DNA of 60,249 nucleotides, the filler included, from Callorhinchus milii (taxonomy: Eukaryota): NCBI RefSeq assembly GCF_018977255.1. It is 2 parts of 2 records of this genome, joined end to end, with 100 filler letters (N's around TTAATTAATTAA, not from the genome) between each part and the next. Parts side by side here need not be neighbours in the genome. Positions count along the whole stretch, not along the records: positions 1 to 30,143 come from NW_024705635.1; 1 more part is not named here. One strand, written 5' to 3'. This document shows positions 1-11,995 of this stretch, piece after piece. Below the pieces are notes generated by a model. It was not told the DNA's origin and did no database searches. It saw nothing but the letters and a program-made list of their open reading frames with translations. The translations under genes and the position numbers were made by a program. Each line of letters begins with the position of its first letter. Within the stretch, counting starts at the first letter, position 1.

Positions 1-265
1 ATGCAGGAGGTCGTGGGTTCAATAACAACCCTGATGTCTGCTGTATATTCGGAGTTTGCATCTCTCTCTCTCCTCGTGCATGCGTGGATTTTTTCCCGGT
101 CCTCCGTTTTTTCCCTCCACATTTATAATCAACATCACACATTCAGAGAATTAGGCAGCCACTAGAAATTTCCACATGATAAGCCACGAAGTTGAGCTGT
201 CATTTATGATAGCCAGGTTGCTTCTGAAAAAGAGTGACATAGCTCAGTGGGATTACCTGGTAAAA
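1..265 (+). mobile_element. tRNA-derived SINE with V-SINE-like central domain (5' end cut by window)
   Basis: B-box-like GGTTCAAT followed by GGAGTTTGCA...GCGTGGATTTTTTCCCGGTCCTCCGTTTTTTCCCTCCACA, resembling the V-SINE core. Near-collinear copy at 3362-3645. Confidence 0.7.
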
Positions 266-1034
266 AATTTAAAAGTTCATTTTATTCAGAGTTCAACACA
301 CGAGTTGTTGCGCGTTATTAAACCACTCATGTAGGTGCTGGACTAGACCTGTAAAGAGCGGTTTTGTCATGTTTAGACGTCCGTCCGTGTCCAGTTAAAC
401 TAACCCTGTTTTTCACCATTCTCAGTGTGCAGGTATTTGTTAATTCCCTGATGTCGCACTCCACTGTAAATAGCAGGCGACTGTGTGGAGGTGGGGCATC
501 TGCTTATGATGTCAATGTTAATGTGAAATGCGGGTTTGTGTTTTTCAGGATCCCTGCATGACAGTCTCAGGTCAGTACCAACCCAGACTCAAACTCGAGC
601 TCTGTCTGCCACCTGGTGGACAAATAATTGAACGGTCGTGATGTGATTCCTAATTAACCCTTTATGCAGTTGTAACCCATATAGTCTATTGTATCCCGTA
701 CGGGCAGTCCTCGGGTTACGCACGTAGTTTGTTCGTGAGACTCGTTCGTAAGTCGAACGGTTTGTAAGTCGGAAAATAATAATGCACCGTATTAAATTCT
801 GACACGGTTATAAAATGTGTTACGGTTCAACAAAGAGGGAAGCATTGTTAAACTCATAATAAAGAAGAAATGTTATACATTTGCATCTAACAATGTAATT
901 TATTTTTACTGTATAGTAAATTAAACATAAAATAAAATAAATAGAAAAGAAAATGTATGTTCACTTACATTGATGCTGGCCTGTAGTCGGAAGGGGGCAA
1001 TGAGTCACCACAACAAACGGGGCACGCATGCACA

Positions 1035-1295
1035 CACAAGACAAAGACACCCCAACGACAACAATCCCCCTGTAGCCTTAACAGGCTGTTTGGGGCAATT
1101 CTCTCAGCGAGCAGCGCCTAAGATGGCCGCCACTGTGGCACACGAGGGGTGGGTGGCCAGCGTCACGGCCCGCTGCTTTTGTCTCCCCAGTGGCGATGTT
1201 CACACACCACACCAGTCCTGGTGTTGGCCGTGAGCAAGAATCGAACTCGGTCGCCGTTTTCGTAGCGCAGCGCACTCACCGCTACACTACCGCTC
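1035..1295 (-). mobile_element. tRNA-derived SINE family 2 (degenerate copy)
   Basis: Homologous to 56570-56870, 13625-13935 and 44745-44960. Minus strand reads GTAGCGG...GAGTTCGATTC (A/B boxes). Confidence 0.7.
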
Positions 1296-1314
1296 CCCAC
1301 ACCAATACCAATAC

Positions 1315-1490
1315 CTGCCATTTGCAACTAAGTGATGGTGAGGTCACCACGGCGCCTGTACCAGGCCAGGTACACTTTGAGGCCACATGAAATGTCGAAG
1401 GCTCGCTGACAGGAGGTCTCGGGACAGACCCAGGGGCTTTGGGTTGGCTTTGACTGAGATGACTGGTAGATGAACCAGCTGTACCCCCCG
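1315..1490 (-). mobile_element. 3' fragment of RTE-type LINE
   Basis: Aligns by eye to 46115-46300 (actaagtg...caccacggcg...ccaggcca...gaggccac...gtcgaagg). Confidence 0.7.
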
Positions 1491-2580
1491 CACTTTCACA
1501 CACACAATATTCATACACACGCAAACACTCCCAGCACGAGGTCGACTCATTACATCTCGCAGAGGATCACTCCTCTGAACAAAATAGTTATGATGTTCAG
1601 TTTGCAACTGTGAGTTTGCATTTTAAGTCAAAGTTATTTTTTTATTTCACGGAAGATGGTTTGTAAGTATGGGCGTTCGTAAGTCGAGGGCTGCCTTATT
1701 GTCCATTTGTAGGGAGACATGGACCGTCATTAGACTGTGAGTCTCATGCTGTGTGTGTAGAGTGACATGGACCCTCATTAGACTCTGTATGTGCCCCATG
1801 CTATGAGTGCAGAAGGAGCTCCGTCTCTCAGGAGACTCAGGATGACCCAGCCCCTGTCTCCAGCCGCCTGAACCTCGCAAAAGTAATCTCAGTGGGAGGC
1901 GTCCAAACGAATCTCCTGGCTGCTGTTTGTAAGTCTCTCTGCTTCACTCATAGCTGCAGCCCCATTCGCTACAAACACAAGATCAGCACCACGAGGCGGG
2001 GCCTATGTCGTGCGTTTAAGCCAGGCGAGAGTGCACAGGCACTTGCCAACTTGGGAGGGGGAGACGTGAGGTGGATTCAGCGATAAACGCGGTCACCGAG
2101 GTGATAACAAAGAGAGCCTCAGTGTATCAAGAGGTACATCACGCAGCGGGCAAAGTGTTCCTTGAGAGCAGCACGGTGGCCGTCTAAGCCAGGGGTCGGT
2201 AGCCAAAATAACAATAAGAGAATTTTGTTTGAATCCAGTATATAAAAAAGACAACTCTATATTTCAAAAGCCACCACAATGCATGAGGTGAACAAGAGAC
2301 GGTGGTGACCTTGATAAATAACATCACGAAGCGGTCCCTTAAGGAGAGCCGCAGGTTACAGACCCCTGGTCTAGGGAGATCAATCGCCGTGCAGAGTCTC
2401 TGCGTTGAATGTCGACACTGGTGACCGTAGGGCACCCTCAGGCGGGCACCCATTCTGTCACGCGGGGTGGAGTGGGGAGCGGAGGAGGGTGACGGTGCTG
2501 GCTGCCGAGTTGGACTCAGAGCTGATGTGAGCCGAACACGTTGTGCCCAGCAGGTGTTCTAAACAAGGTACTGTTATATG

Positions 2581-3082
2581 AATAGATTTTACCCTTTCTG
2601 ACAATTAAACAGTTGTGTTAAGATGTTAAAACACCAAACTGAAATCTTTTGCAAGGAATCATGTCTGCATTAACCACGTACACTTGTGGTGAACATGCAA
2701 ACAAAAAAAACTATTCTTATATTTTGATACTGGCAAGGGAGGTCCCATGATGTAGCTGCTCACCCCGAGCTCTCAATGTCCTGATAGTGGCATTGTCCTT
2801 GTGCTGGTCGCCTTTTGGGCGTTGTCCTCTGGTCTAACACGTTTGAGACGAGGCTCTAAAGAAAGCTGTCTCTGGTGTGGACCAATCAGTTTCAAAGACA
2901 ATGCATCATATACTACCAGAGCATTTTTTGTTTGCATGTTCACCACAAATGTAGTAAATGCAGACACGATTCCTTGCAAAAGGTTTCAGTTTGGTGTTTT
3001 AACATCTTAACACAACTGTTTTATTGCCAAAAAGGGTGAAACCTATTCTTATATTTTGATACTGGCAAGGGAGGTCCCATGA
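2581..3082. mobile_element. Fold-back (palindromic) dispersed repeat, MITE-like
   Basis: Arms at about 2581-2710 and 2925-3047 are reverse complements. A 40-bp direct repeat lies at 2711 and 3042. The central part is related to 48925-49040 and 60110-60230. Confidence 0.6.
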
Positions 3083-3361
3083 AGGTAGAGCGATTATTGT
3101 AGGGGCACAACTCTCACAGAGCAGAGTGTGTGGGAGTCAGAGAAGACTGGGATTAAACAACTGAGATACAAAGAAGGGCGGGGTGGAGACTAAATGCAAT
3201 AGAATATTCATCACCCAGGCAGCCTTCACAGCCAGTAATTATTATCACCTTGCCGACTTCAAGACGTGCATTAATTATCATTGCAACTCTAAATGGCTAT
3301 TTATTGCTAGATGCTGGACCACAATTCTTAAAATGATGCCCAGAGCTTAGAGAGGTGGGCG

Positions 3362-3645
3362 CCACGGTGACGAGATGTTCACTACCTCGCCTGACATACA
3401 GGAGGTCGTGGGTTCGATTCCAACCCTACCAATCCCTGCTGTATGTTCGGAGTCTGCATCTCTCTCTCTCCTCGTGGTGGTGGCGTGAGTTTTTCTCTGG
3501 GTCCTCCGGTTTTCCCTCTACATTTAGAATCAACATCACACGTTTAGAGCATGATAAGCCATTTCGTTGAGCTGTCATTTGTGGCCAGGACACTGAGAAA
3601 AAATGAACAACTAAATAGCTCAGTGGGCCTTACCTGGTAAAATAA
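3362..3645 (+). mobile_element. V-SINE-like tRNA-derived SINE, near full length
   Basis: CACGGTGACGAGATG...GGTTCGATTCC (B box), V-domain-like core, A-rich tail. A partial copy follows at about 3803-3965. Confidence 0.75.
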
Positions 3646-4039
3646 AAATATTTAAAAGTTTTTTAAATTAATTTATAAAAGGATGCTCAGAGACCCACAC
3701 TGCAGCAGAGCTGTAAGGAGCTGTAGGAGTGACTAGACTCCGTGTAGTCACACACCAAGATGGTGAAGTGCACGCTCCAGTACAAGCACTGTTGTTTACA
3801 CCACGGTGGCGATGTAGATGTTAACTACCTTGCCTGGTACACAGAATGTCGTCGGCTCAATCTCACCCTAACGCCTGCTGTCTATTTGAAGTCTGCATGT
3901 TCTCTCCGTGGTTGAGTGGATATTTCTCCTGGTCCACGAGGTTTTCCGTCCACATTTAGAAAAATGTGTTTAGAGTTAGTAATTGTGTACGTGTACTAGT
4001 AATGTATGTGTACACAAATACGAATGAATGCTAATATGT

Positions 4040-4868
4040 GTACACCACAAATAACGAATGTTAGTATGTGTACACAGATACTGAAGAATATTAGTATGTC
4101 TACAATAATACTAACGAATATTAGTATTGTACACTAATACTAACGAATATTAGTATGTGTACACTAATACTAACTAATATTAGTAGTGTACACTAATATT
4201 AACGAATATTAGTATGTGTACACTAATTCTAACTAATATTAGTTTGTGTACACTAATACTAACGAATATTAGTATATGTACACTAATACTAACGAATATT
4301 AGTATATGTACACTAATACTAACTAATATTAGTATGTGTACACTAATACTAACAATAATACTAACGAATATTAGTATGTGTACAATCATACTAATGAAAT
4401 TATTTATGTACACTAATACTAACGAATATTAGTTTGTGTACACTAATACTAACGAATATTAGTATGTGTACACTAACACTAACGAATATTAGTATGTGTA
4501 CACTAATACTAACTAATATTAGTGTGTGTACACTAATACTAACGAATATTAATTTGTGTACACTAATACTAACGAATATTAGTATGTGTACACTAAAACT
4601 AACTAATATTAGTGTGTGTACACTAATACTAACTAATATTAGTATGTGTACACTAATACTAACGAATATTAGTTGTGTACACTAATACTAACGAATATTA
4701 GTATGTGTACACTAATACTAACGAATATTAGTATGTGTACACTAATACTAACGAATATTAGTATGTGTACACTAATACTAACTAATAATAATATGTGTAC
4801 ACTAATACTAACGAATATTAGTATGTGTACACTAATACTAACTAATATTAGTGTGTGTACACTAATAC
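4040..4868 (+). repeat. 30-bp AT-rich intronic minisatellite (TGTACACTAATACTAACGAATATTAGTATG)n
   Basis: Directly visible tandem array running up to the splice acceptor of the SPRY exon. Confidence 0.95.
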
Positions 4869-4877
4869 TCACCACAG

Positions 4878-5420
4878 ATGGACGCTCACCGACTCTGGAC
4901 ACAAACTCAGCCCACAACGACCTCCAGATTTCCTCGGATCTCAGGACGATGACGCTGAGCGATGTCTCCCAGGGTCGCCCCCATCACCCACACCGCTTTG
5001 AGTGCTGGGACAAGCGCTGTGCTCTGAGAGCTTCTCGTCGGGTCAGCACTACTGGGAGGTGGACGTGGGGAGCGCGAGGCTGTGTCGGGTTGGAGTCGCG
5101 TACGGGACGATCCCACGGAGAGGGCGTGGTGATGAGTGCCTCCTGGGAGGAGCGACGTCTCCTGGTGTCTAGAGAAACAAGGCGACAGCTTCTCAGTGCT
5201 GCATGGCGGGGTAGTGACGTCACTGGCGGTGCCACAGCCTCCGCGGAGAGTCGGGGTCCACCTGGACTGGGACGCGGGGCTGCTGTCGTTTTACAGCGCC
5301 GACTCCATGGCGCTGTTGCACTCGTTTAATAAAACCTTCACTCAGCCCCTACACCCTGGGCTGATGGTGTGGTGTGATGGTGACTCAGTGAGGATTGTGG
5401 ATCTGAGTGGTGCGTCCTGA
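4878..5420 (+). pseudogene. PRY-SPRY (B30.2) terminal exon of a TRIM paralogue, frameshifted in this sequence
   Basis: cacag| acceptor. GRSPTLDTNSAH...HRFE, then GQHYWEVDV and RVGVHLDWDAGLLSFY...FTQPLHPG in different frames. Several 1-nt indels relative to the copy at 28672; these could be sequencing errors. Confidence 0.85.
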
Positions 5421-6544
5421 GAGAGGTGAACGTGAACAGCGCAGAGGGCAGACGCCACCACGACGCACGGCGCTCGCCACCCTCGTCACCGCCACGCGCA
5501 GCGCCACGCCCGTCACTGGCTGGTGGCTGTCGGTGGCTAGGGGCTGCGTGGCTCTCCATCACAACGGGGGGGGCTGAGCGTAAACAATCCTCACAACCTT
5601 CATGGGGGGGGGGTGATAAAATAAGTACCGCTCTGTGTGTGTGTGAAGCCAACGTGGATGTATTCACCCTGCCAAAGAGTGTGACTGTGGTGTAGGGTGC
5701 AGTGATTAGCAATGGTGAACTGGGATGTGTTTATACACTGGTGGTGTCATGGGTTGTGGGAGAGAACAACAACAATAATATTATATTCTTTATGTTCTTT
5801 CGGTAAAGTCACGTAGATAAAAAAAGAAAAAAAAGAAAATATGAAAAATTAAATAATAAACATTAAATAAAATGTAAAATGTGAATCAAAAAATTCATGA
5901 CGTTTTGATCGCAACACACGCGGCCGTCATCAGTCAAGAAATTTTACGTCAAAACAATATTGATTTTAAAAGTATAAATGTCCGCGTACGACTGTGGCAA
6001 TGTAACGCTTGTATCGTCGATTCTACAATAAAAATACAGAATACAAACAACAACAATGTAGTTGTGTACAGCGTCATTCGTGCTCACTGCATCCTGCAAC
6101 GCTGTTCATTAATTAAACACGAGGAGCAAATCCTCTACACAGCCACTGCCAAGCAAATTAAATCTACAAATTAATAAACAAATAAAGAGACGGCGCCAAA
6201 CACTAAAGGCGCCAACAATGTCCGAGCTGTTCAAGTTGTCTGCTGCTGCTACGTCATGGACGTGGTGACGTCACCACGCACGCTCCTCCAACGTGGTGAC
6301 GTCACCACGCACGCAGCCCACAACGCGGTGACGTCACCACGTCTCCCAACCCCCCACTCCCGCCCCTCACCACCGCACCATCTGTGAACACAAAGAGCTT
6401 CACAGTTTATCGGATTCCTCCTGCACCACAAACACAGATTCTGACGTTCTGGATTCCCGCCACTGGGGGAGTCCCTCGCTGTGACGTCACCACGTCACCG
6501 CGTTGGCGACAACAAAAACAAACAGAGGCCCTGAGGGGCACCCT

Positions 6545-6755
6545 GCAGCCTCGCTGCTGTGACCCAGCACTGTGGGGGGGGGGGGGGGGTTGGTGACGTC
6601 ACCTCGCTGCTGTGACCCAGCACTGTGGGGGGGGGGGTTGGTGACGTCACCTCGCTGCTGTGACCCAGCACTGTGGGGAGGGGGGGGGGGGTTGGTGACG
6701 TCACCTCGCTGCTGTGACCCAGCACTGTGGGGGGGGGGGTTGGTGACGTCACCGC
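6545..6755 (+). repeat. ~50-bp tandem repeat (4 copies) containing a G-run and the GGTGACGTCACC palindrome
   Basis: CCTCGCTGCTGTGACCCAGCACTGT(G)nTTGGTGACGTCA repeated four times. Confidence 0.9.
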
Positions 6756-9700
6756 TGACGCTGCTGGGAACTTGTCGCGAGTGCGCCACGTGACCACGTG
6801 GTGCTCGTCAGGAGAAAGTGGTAGAGCAGCAACAACAACCACCACCACAACCACAACAACAACCACAACAATTACCAGTACAACAACAACCCCCACCACA
6901 ATCACCACCACAGCAACAGCCACCAGGGGGAGGGGTAGAGGTGGGGGGGGTTGTCTGGGGGGGGGCTTGGGGGTTGTCACGTGAGAGGAGGGACCCCTAG
7001 GGGTGGGGAGGATGGGGATGTTGGGGGTCACGTGGGGTTCATTGTTTCACTGCCGGCACTGCTCCAGAGTTGCGGACCGAGTCACGAATCGCGACCGATT
7101 CCCAGACGCCGTTTGGGTCCCTGCGCTGCCTGGAGCGGTGTTGGTGCGCGCCACGCGAGGGCGCTGCCACTCCACCGCAGGGATTCGCGGGGCGCGCTGA
7201 GCAATGAAAGTGCACGGGAGATTTCACAAGAGGCTGTGGCCAAATCAACCCGGAATGTCGCCGATTTTTTTTCCCAGATCTCGGAAGCTACGCAAGGTTG
7301 AGCCTGGACTGTGGCGCTTGGATTGGTGAGCGGCGTGCACGTCGGAGTGCGGTGTGCAGATGACGCGTTGTGCCTCTCTCCGATGCGCTTTCAGGTTCTG
7401 CCCCTTGTTGATCAGCGCGATGTCTGTGACGTTCCCTCCACGTGCTGGGAGCATCGTCAAGATTTGAAGCTTCTTCAGTTGAAAGCTGAAACGTGGGGAG
7501 CATTGACAGCTTTCATTCTTCGTTACGGTGGAGCTGAGATTCCAATCATAATTGTTAAGTTATTTAATGAGCTTCAGGATACTCCTCGAGCAATGGGTAA
7601 TGTTTTACATATTTGTTCAAGTAACGAGACATTGACTGGACACGAAGGGACTCGCATTTGTCCTCTTCAATCGATCTTCAGTCTGCGTGCCAACGTCGCC
7701 CTCACTAAAGTGGGCATCGGTGCACATCGCAGCAGCACGGGAACGGTACCGGGGCCACAGAGCAACAGGAATGGAACAAAAGAAACCCGTCACGACCTCA
7801 GCGGCGACCACCGACTGAGCAAAGTCAATTTGCAGCCGCGTGCAACGAATAGCAGAAGAACATTAAGTAGCAAATAAAGTGAATAATAAGTAAAGAAAAT
7901 GAATAAAAAGTTAAGGAAATAAATAATAACATTTATAAGATGAATGAATAATAAAATGAAAAAAATATATAAAAAAATTTATAAGTTACATGAATTTACA
8001 ATTTAAATAAAATAACATAAAAATAATTTAGTTTTCATAATTTTAATAAAGTTAATTATGTATGAATAATAAATTAATAATGGAATGAATAATTTCAATG
8101 AACGTAATAATTTAGATAAATAATATTAGAAAGTAATATTTATGAAATATGTAATCATTTAAATAAAATAAATTATGCATGAATAATACATGAATAATAA
8201 AATAAACAACAAGCAAATTAAAAGAATAATAAAACACCGGTCCCCCCCTCCGCCTTGTTAAATGGTGGCTGTTAGGGGCAGGCGAGTGTGAGTAGCTGCG
8301 TCTTGTACAGAGCACGGAGTTGAGAGACACTGGGCGCGTTGTGGACGTCGGGTGGACAATCCCGGTGCGGTTTGGATGAATAAATACATCTTAATATCTC
8401 ATCATACCGTGCTAATCGTGAATATTTAAAACAAAAACGCTTCTCCTATCCGAATCAGCCACTGCAGTCATCTCGACCAAGACGTGGAACCAACTCGGCT
8501 CGCGACAAACGCTCAACCCGAAGGCAGCCATTTTGTACGTTTTAACCATTAACACTTTAAAAAAACATTAAATTGAACAATCTACACAAACAACTGCCTC
8601 TATTTATATTTTCGTACCATTCAGAACGTTGTAACCGCATTCCGATCGCTATATGCGCATTAATTTACCTCAGAATTTCCATAACAAAGTTAGCAAAGCT
8701 CGTTAATTGCAAATAAATAAGTAAATGCAACAAAATGGAGTCTGCGACGCCATTTTGTATTTACACTTTTGGCGCCAAAAAAATGAAGCGGCGAATGAGG
8801 CAACGTTGAAGACTTTAAATCATTGGCGGAGTTTGACTTTCATATTTGTCCCTCACATTAGGAATCGCGGGAGTATTTAATTTATTTTTATTTGTAAATC
8901 ATGAAAATAAATTAATAAAGGTGTCCTGTTTTTTTGGGGGGGGGGCGTTGTCCCCCCGTGCCCCCTCCTCTCCCCCCTCCCCACCCAAACTGGGCCCACG
9001 CTGAAAGTGAACTTCTCGCACCGTCACCGCTGGCCAAGAGACACCGCATCGACCCAAACGGCCACAGACCAGCACCACTAACACCACCAACACCACTACC
9101 ATCACCACCAACACCACCAACACCACTACCACCACCCCGCTCCATGCCCACCAACGGAGTACTGTACACTATATATATACTTCTGTGTCTCTGTATAAAG
9201 CCCTCTGTGTCCTGTCTGTACATGACCACTGTACACGGCCACCACCAGCAGCAGCAGTGTTGACAATGAGCTGAACCGGCCCTGGGCCTCCCCTAGGTCG
9301 ACTCAGCACCAAATGCATCCTGCCTGGTGCGCTGTGCAGTGAACATCGCTGCTGGGCAGAGGCGAAGCCAGGCGGCTGTGGTGCTGACAGCCACCAACTC
9401 GTGAGCCGTCACGGCCTCCCTAGGCACTGCTGCCACTCGCCAGCGGGACTTGTCCACACCATCTACTGGCGGGAATTTGTGTGTAATCTGTTTCTCTAGT
9501 CTGTGTCGGTGTGTGTAGTACTGTACATGCCTCTTGTGTCGTCTGTGTGTCTAGGACTGTACGTGATTCTGCGTGTCTGTAGTCTGTGAGTCTCTGTGTA
9601 GGATGTGTATGTGTCTCTAGTCTGTGTGTATATCGGTGTAGTGTGTGTGTCTCTTTAGTCTGTGTATAGTAATTCTAGATTTGAAGCTTTCGTGACTGCA

Positions 9701-9777
9701 AAGATTCATATTCTTAGGTTTTTTCGGTTAAGTCACGTAAGTAAAACATCAAAATAAAAATAAAATAAAATAAAAAT

Positions 9778-9818
9778 CACGACGTTTCGGAGGCAACACA
9801 AGTCTCCGTCATCAGGTG
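9778..9818 (-). ncRNA. Minimal hammerhead ribozyme motif (Penelope type)
   Basis: Minus strand reads CAC-CUGAUGA-C-GGAG(acuuguguugc)CUCC-GAAAC-GUC-GUG: intact core, stem II, 3-bp stem I and palindromic ACGU stem III. Confidence 0.75.
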
Positions 9819-9939
9819 GGACCGTCACAGCCGAATTAGCTGCATCAAGTGAAGCAATGATTCAAGATGTAATCCCTTATAAGCAAGTTGAAGGGAGGTG
9901 GAGAGGGGGGGTTGGAGAGCTTATCAGACTGTGGTAGCC

Positions 9940-10190
9940 AATGAATGGAAACGTATCGGGAGGGAGGAGGAGCGGCGATCAAAGACTGCACGCAGTGCTC
10001 AACACAATGAATGGAAACGTGTCGGGACGGAGGGTGAGCGGCGATCAAAGACTGCACGCAGCGCTCAACACAATGAATGGAGACGTGTCGGGACGGAGGG
10101 TGAGCGGTGATCAAAGACATCACGCAGTGCTCAACACAATGAATGGAAACGTGTCGGGACGGAGGGTGAGCGGTGATCAAAGACTGCACG
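9940..10190 (+). repeat. 66-bp tandem repeat (~3.8 copies) in the Penelope 3' UTR
   Basis: AATGAATGGA(A/G)ACGT... units start at 9940, 10006, 10072 and 10138. Confidence 0.9.
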
Positions 10191-10261
10191 TGGGGATGTT
10201 AACACTCGGTGAAGTAAATTAAAATAGTGCCTGTCAGATAAGATGGTCCAAAAAAGTGTAA

Positions 10262-11995
10262 TTAAGTCTTTTTTGCGTGGTTAATAACATCTTTCCAATG
10301 ATTACTGAGTTTGTACCCATCATCACGGTTGAAATTATGTCTGTGTTTGTATATTTGTATGGCTTCGTGTACAAACCTTTGATGGTAGCCAGGAGGTTTG
10401 CAGAGAACCTTGGTCTCGGAAAAGACAATTTCATGAGAGCCCGCCGAGTTGTAGCAATGATCGGCAACGGCCGAAGAATCAGTTCTGCCGTGTTTCAGAT
10501 CTGACTTGTGCTCGCGGACACGATCAGCCACATGACGTTTTGTTTCTCCAATGTAGCAATCACCACAAATGCAACTCAATTTGTAGACTCCAGGATACTG
10601 TAAGTCAGGAACGACATCCTTCACAGATGGAATCAGATCACGGATTTTATGCACTGTACTGAATCGGACTTGGATCTTATGTTTGTTTAGAATTTTGGAG
10701 ATCTTTTTGGTCACGCCTGCTATGTATGGTAACGTGATAGTTTTGGTCGGAGTTTCATGTGGCTGTTTCTTCTGTGTGGTGGGAGAAACCGCTTGGCGGA
10801 TAGTACGGTCAGAGTATCCGTTCATCCTGAGGGCCCGATGTACATGTCTCAATTCACCGGTCAGGTGGTGTTGGTCAGAAATGCCATGGGCTCTGTGGTA
10901 TAGCGTTTTGATGAGAGAATTCTTTTGAGATGGGTGGTGGTGGGAATCCGGTTTCAAGTAGGAATCTGTGTGGGTGGCTTTCCTGTAGACAGAATGTCCC
11001 AAGGATCCGTCAGGTCTCCTCTCAAACAGAATATCCAAAAATGGTAGTTTGCCGTCTTTCTCTACTTCCATAGTGAATCTGATGGATGGGTGTCTAGAAT
11101 TGATGTGGTCTAAGAAGTGGTTCAGTGCTGGGAGGCCATGTGGCCAGATGACGAAAGTGTCATCAACATACCTCTTCCAAAAGGAAGGACGCAGGGTGGA
11201 TGTCTGGATGGCGTCTGATTCAAACTTTTCCATGAACATGTTGGCTATAACTGGTGACAAGGGGGAGCCCATAGGGGTACCCTCATTCTGTTTGTAGAAG
11301 GTGCCATTCCAGGTAAAATAGGTGTTGGTGAGGCAATGCCTCACCAGCGCAGGTACATCAGAATTCAATCCATGTTGGACTAAGTCCTCAATTATTGTTA
11401 GGGTGTCCGGTACTGGGACTTTGGTAAACAAAGATACTACATCAAAGCTGACGAGGATGTCATCCGGAGATAGTACCATGTCCTTAACCATAGAGACTAA
11501 TTGTGTTGAGTTGAGTACTGCCGAAGAGGTCTTGCCTGTGAAGGGGAGCAGAGTATCTGATAGAAAACGGGCTAGTTTGTACGTAGGAGAGTTTATAGTC
11601 GACACGATGGGTCGTAGCGGGGTGCCTTCTTTATGAATTTTGGGAAGACCATAGAGTCTGGGAGGTCTAGCCGCCGATGGTTTTAGAGAGGGACGTTTGC
11701 TTGGTTCGATTAGGGAAGTCGAACTCGTGATGATACTGTTGGTTTTCGTCGTTAGGCTTTTAGTAGGATCGTTTTTAATTTTGGAGTAACTCCCATCATT
11801 AAGAAGGTCCAGGATTTTGTTGTTGTATGAGTCTTTATCCATGATGACCGTGGCATTGCCCTTGTCTGCCGAGAGGATGACTATATCATCTCTCTTTACT
11901 ATACTACGAAACACAGTCGCATACAAATCAACAACCAACCCAACTAAGATATTTATATACATATTTAACCTGATAAGTAACAATATAATAACCAT
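10262..11995 (-). CDS. Penelope reverse transcriptase / GIY-YIG endonuclease polyprotein (first ~28 codons probably flank-derived)
   Basis: Uninterrupted 577-aa ORF: ADKGNATV, LYGLPKIHK...PLRPIVS, SFDVVSLFT, GTPMGSPLSP, RYVDD, LPFLD, VYRKATHTD, GVYKLSC.CG..YIGET.R. Confidence 0.95.
   Translation of the reverse strand: MVIILLLIRLNMYINILVGLVVDLYATVFRSIVKRDDIVILSADKGNATVIMDKDSYNNKILDLLNDGSYSKIKNDPTKSLTTKTNSIITSSTSLIEPSKRPSLKPSAARPPRLYGLPKIHKEGTPLRPIVSTINSPTYKLARFLSDTLLPFTGKTSSAVLNSTQLVSMVKDMVLSPDDILVSFDVVSLFTKVPVPDTLTIIEDLVQHGLNSDVPALVRHCLTNTYFTWNGTFYKQNEGTPMGSPLSPVIANMFMEKFESDAIQTSTLRPSFWKRYVDDTFVIWPHGLPALNHFLDHINSRHPSIRFTMEVEKDGKLPFLDILFERRPDGSLGHSVYRKATHTDSYLKPDSHHHPSQKNSLIKTLYHRAHGISDQHHLTGELRHVHRALRMNGYSDRTIRQAVSPTTQKKQPHETPTKTITLPYIAGVTKKISKILNKHKIQVRFSTVHKIRDLIPSVKDVVPDLQYPGVYKLSCICGDCYIGETKRHVADRVREHKSDLKHGRTDSSAVADHCYNSAGSHEIVFSETKVLCKPPGYHQRFVHEAIQIYKHRHNFNRDDGYKLSNHWKDVINHAKKT

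Larger units (their letters stand above)
701..1696. mobile_element. pogo/Tigger-like non-autonomous DNA transposon with nested SINE and LINE fragment
   Basis: Imperfect terminal inverted repeats TA|CGGGCAGTCCTCGGGTTACG and CGTAAGTCGAGGGCTGCCT|TA, flanked by TA. Internal subterminal CGTAAGTCG repeats. Confidence 0.5.
9676..11910 (-). mobile_element. Penelope-like retroelement, 5'-truncated, with 3' terminal region carrying a hammerhead motif
   Basis: RT plus GIY-YIG ORF. The 3' terminal sequence (tagatttgaagctttcgtgactgc...) recurs at 31509 and 53834, and in reverse at about 55770-55830; a partial reverse copy lies at about 34790-34955. Confidence 0.92.

Noticed and set aside
4180..4917. ORFs of MCTLILTNIS repeats
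   Set aside because: Translation of a 30-bp intronic minisatellite; the real exon starts at the 4878 acceptor.
7311..7877. 188-aa plus-strand ORF
   Set aside because: No ATG start, recognisable domain or splice context.
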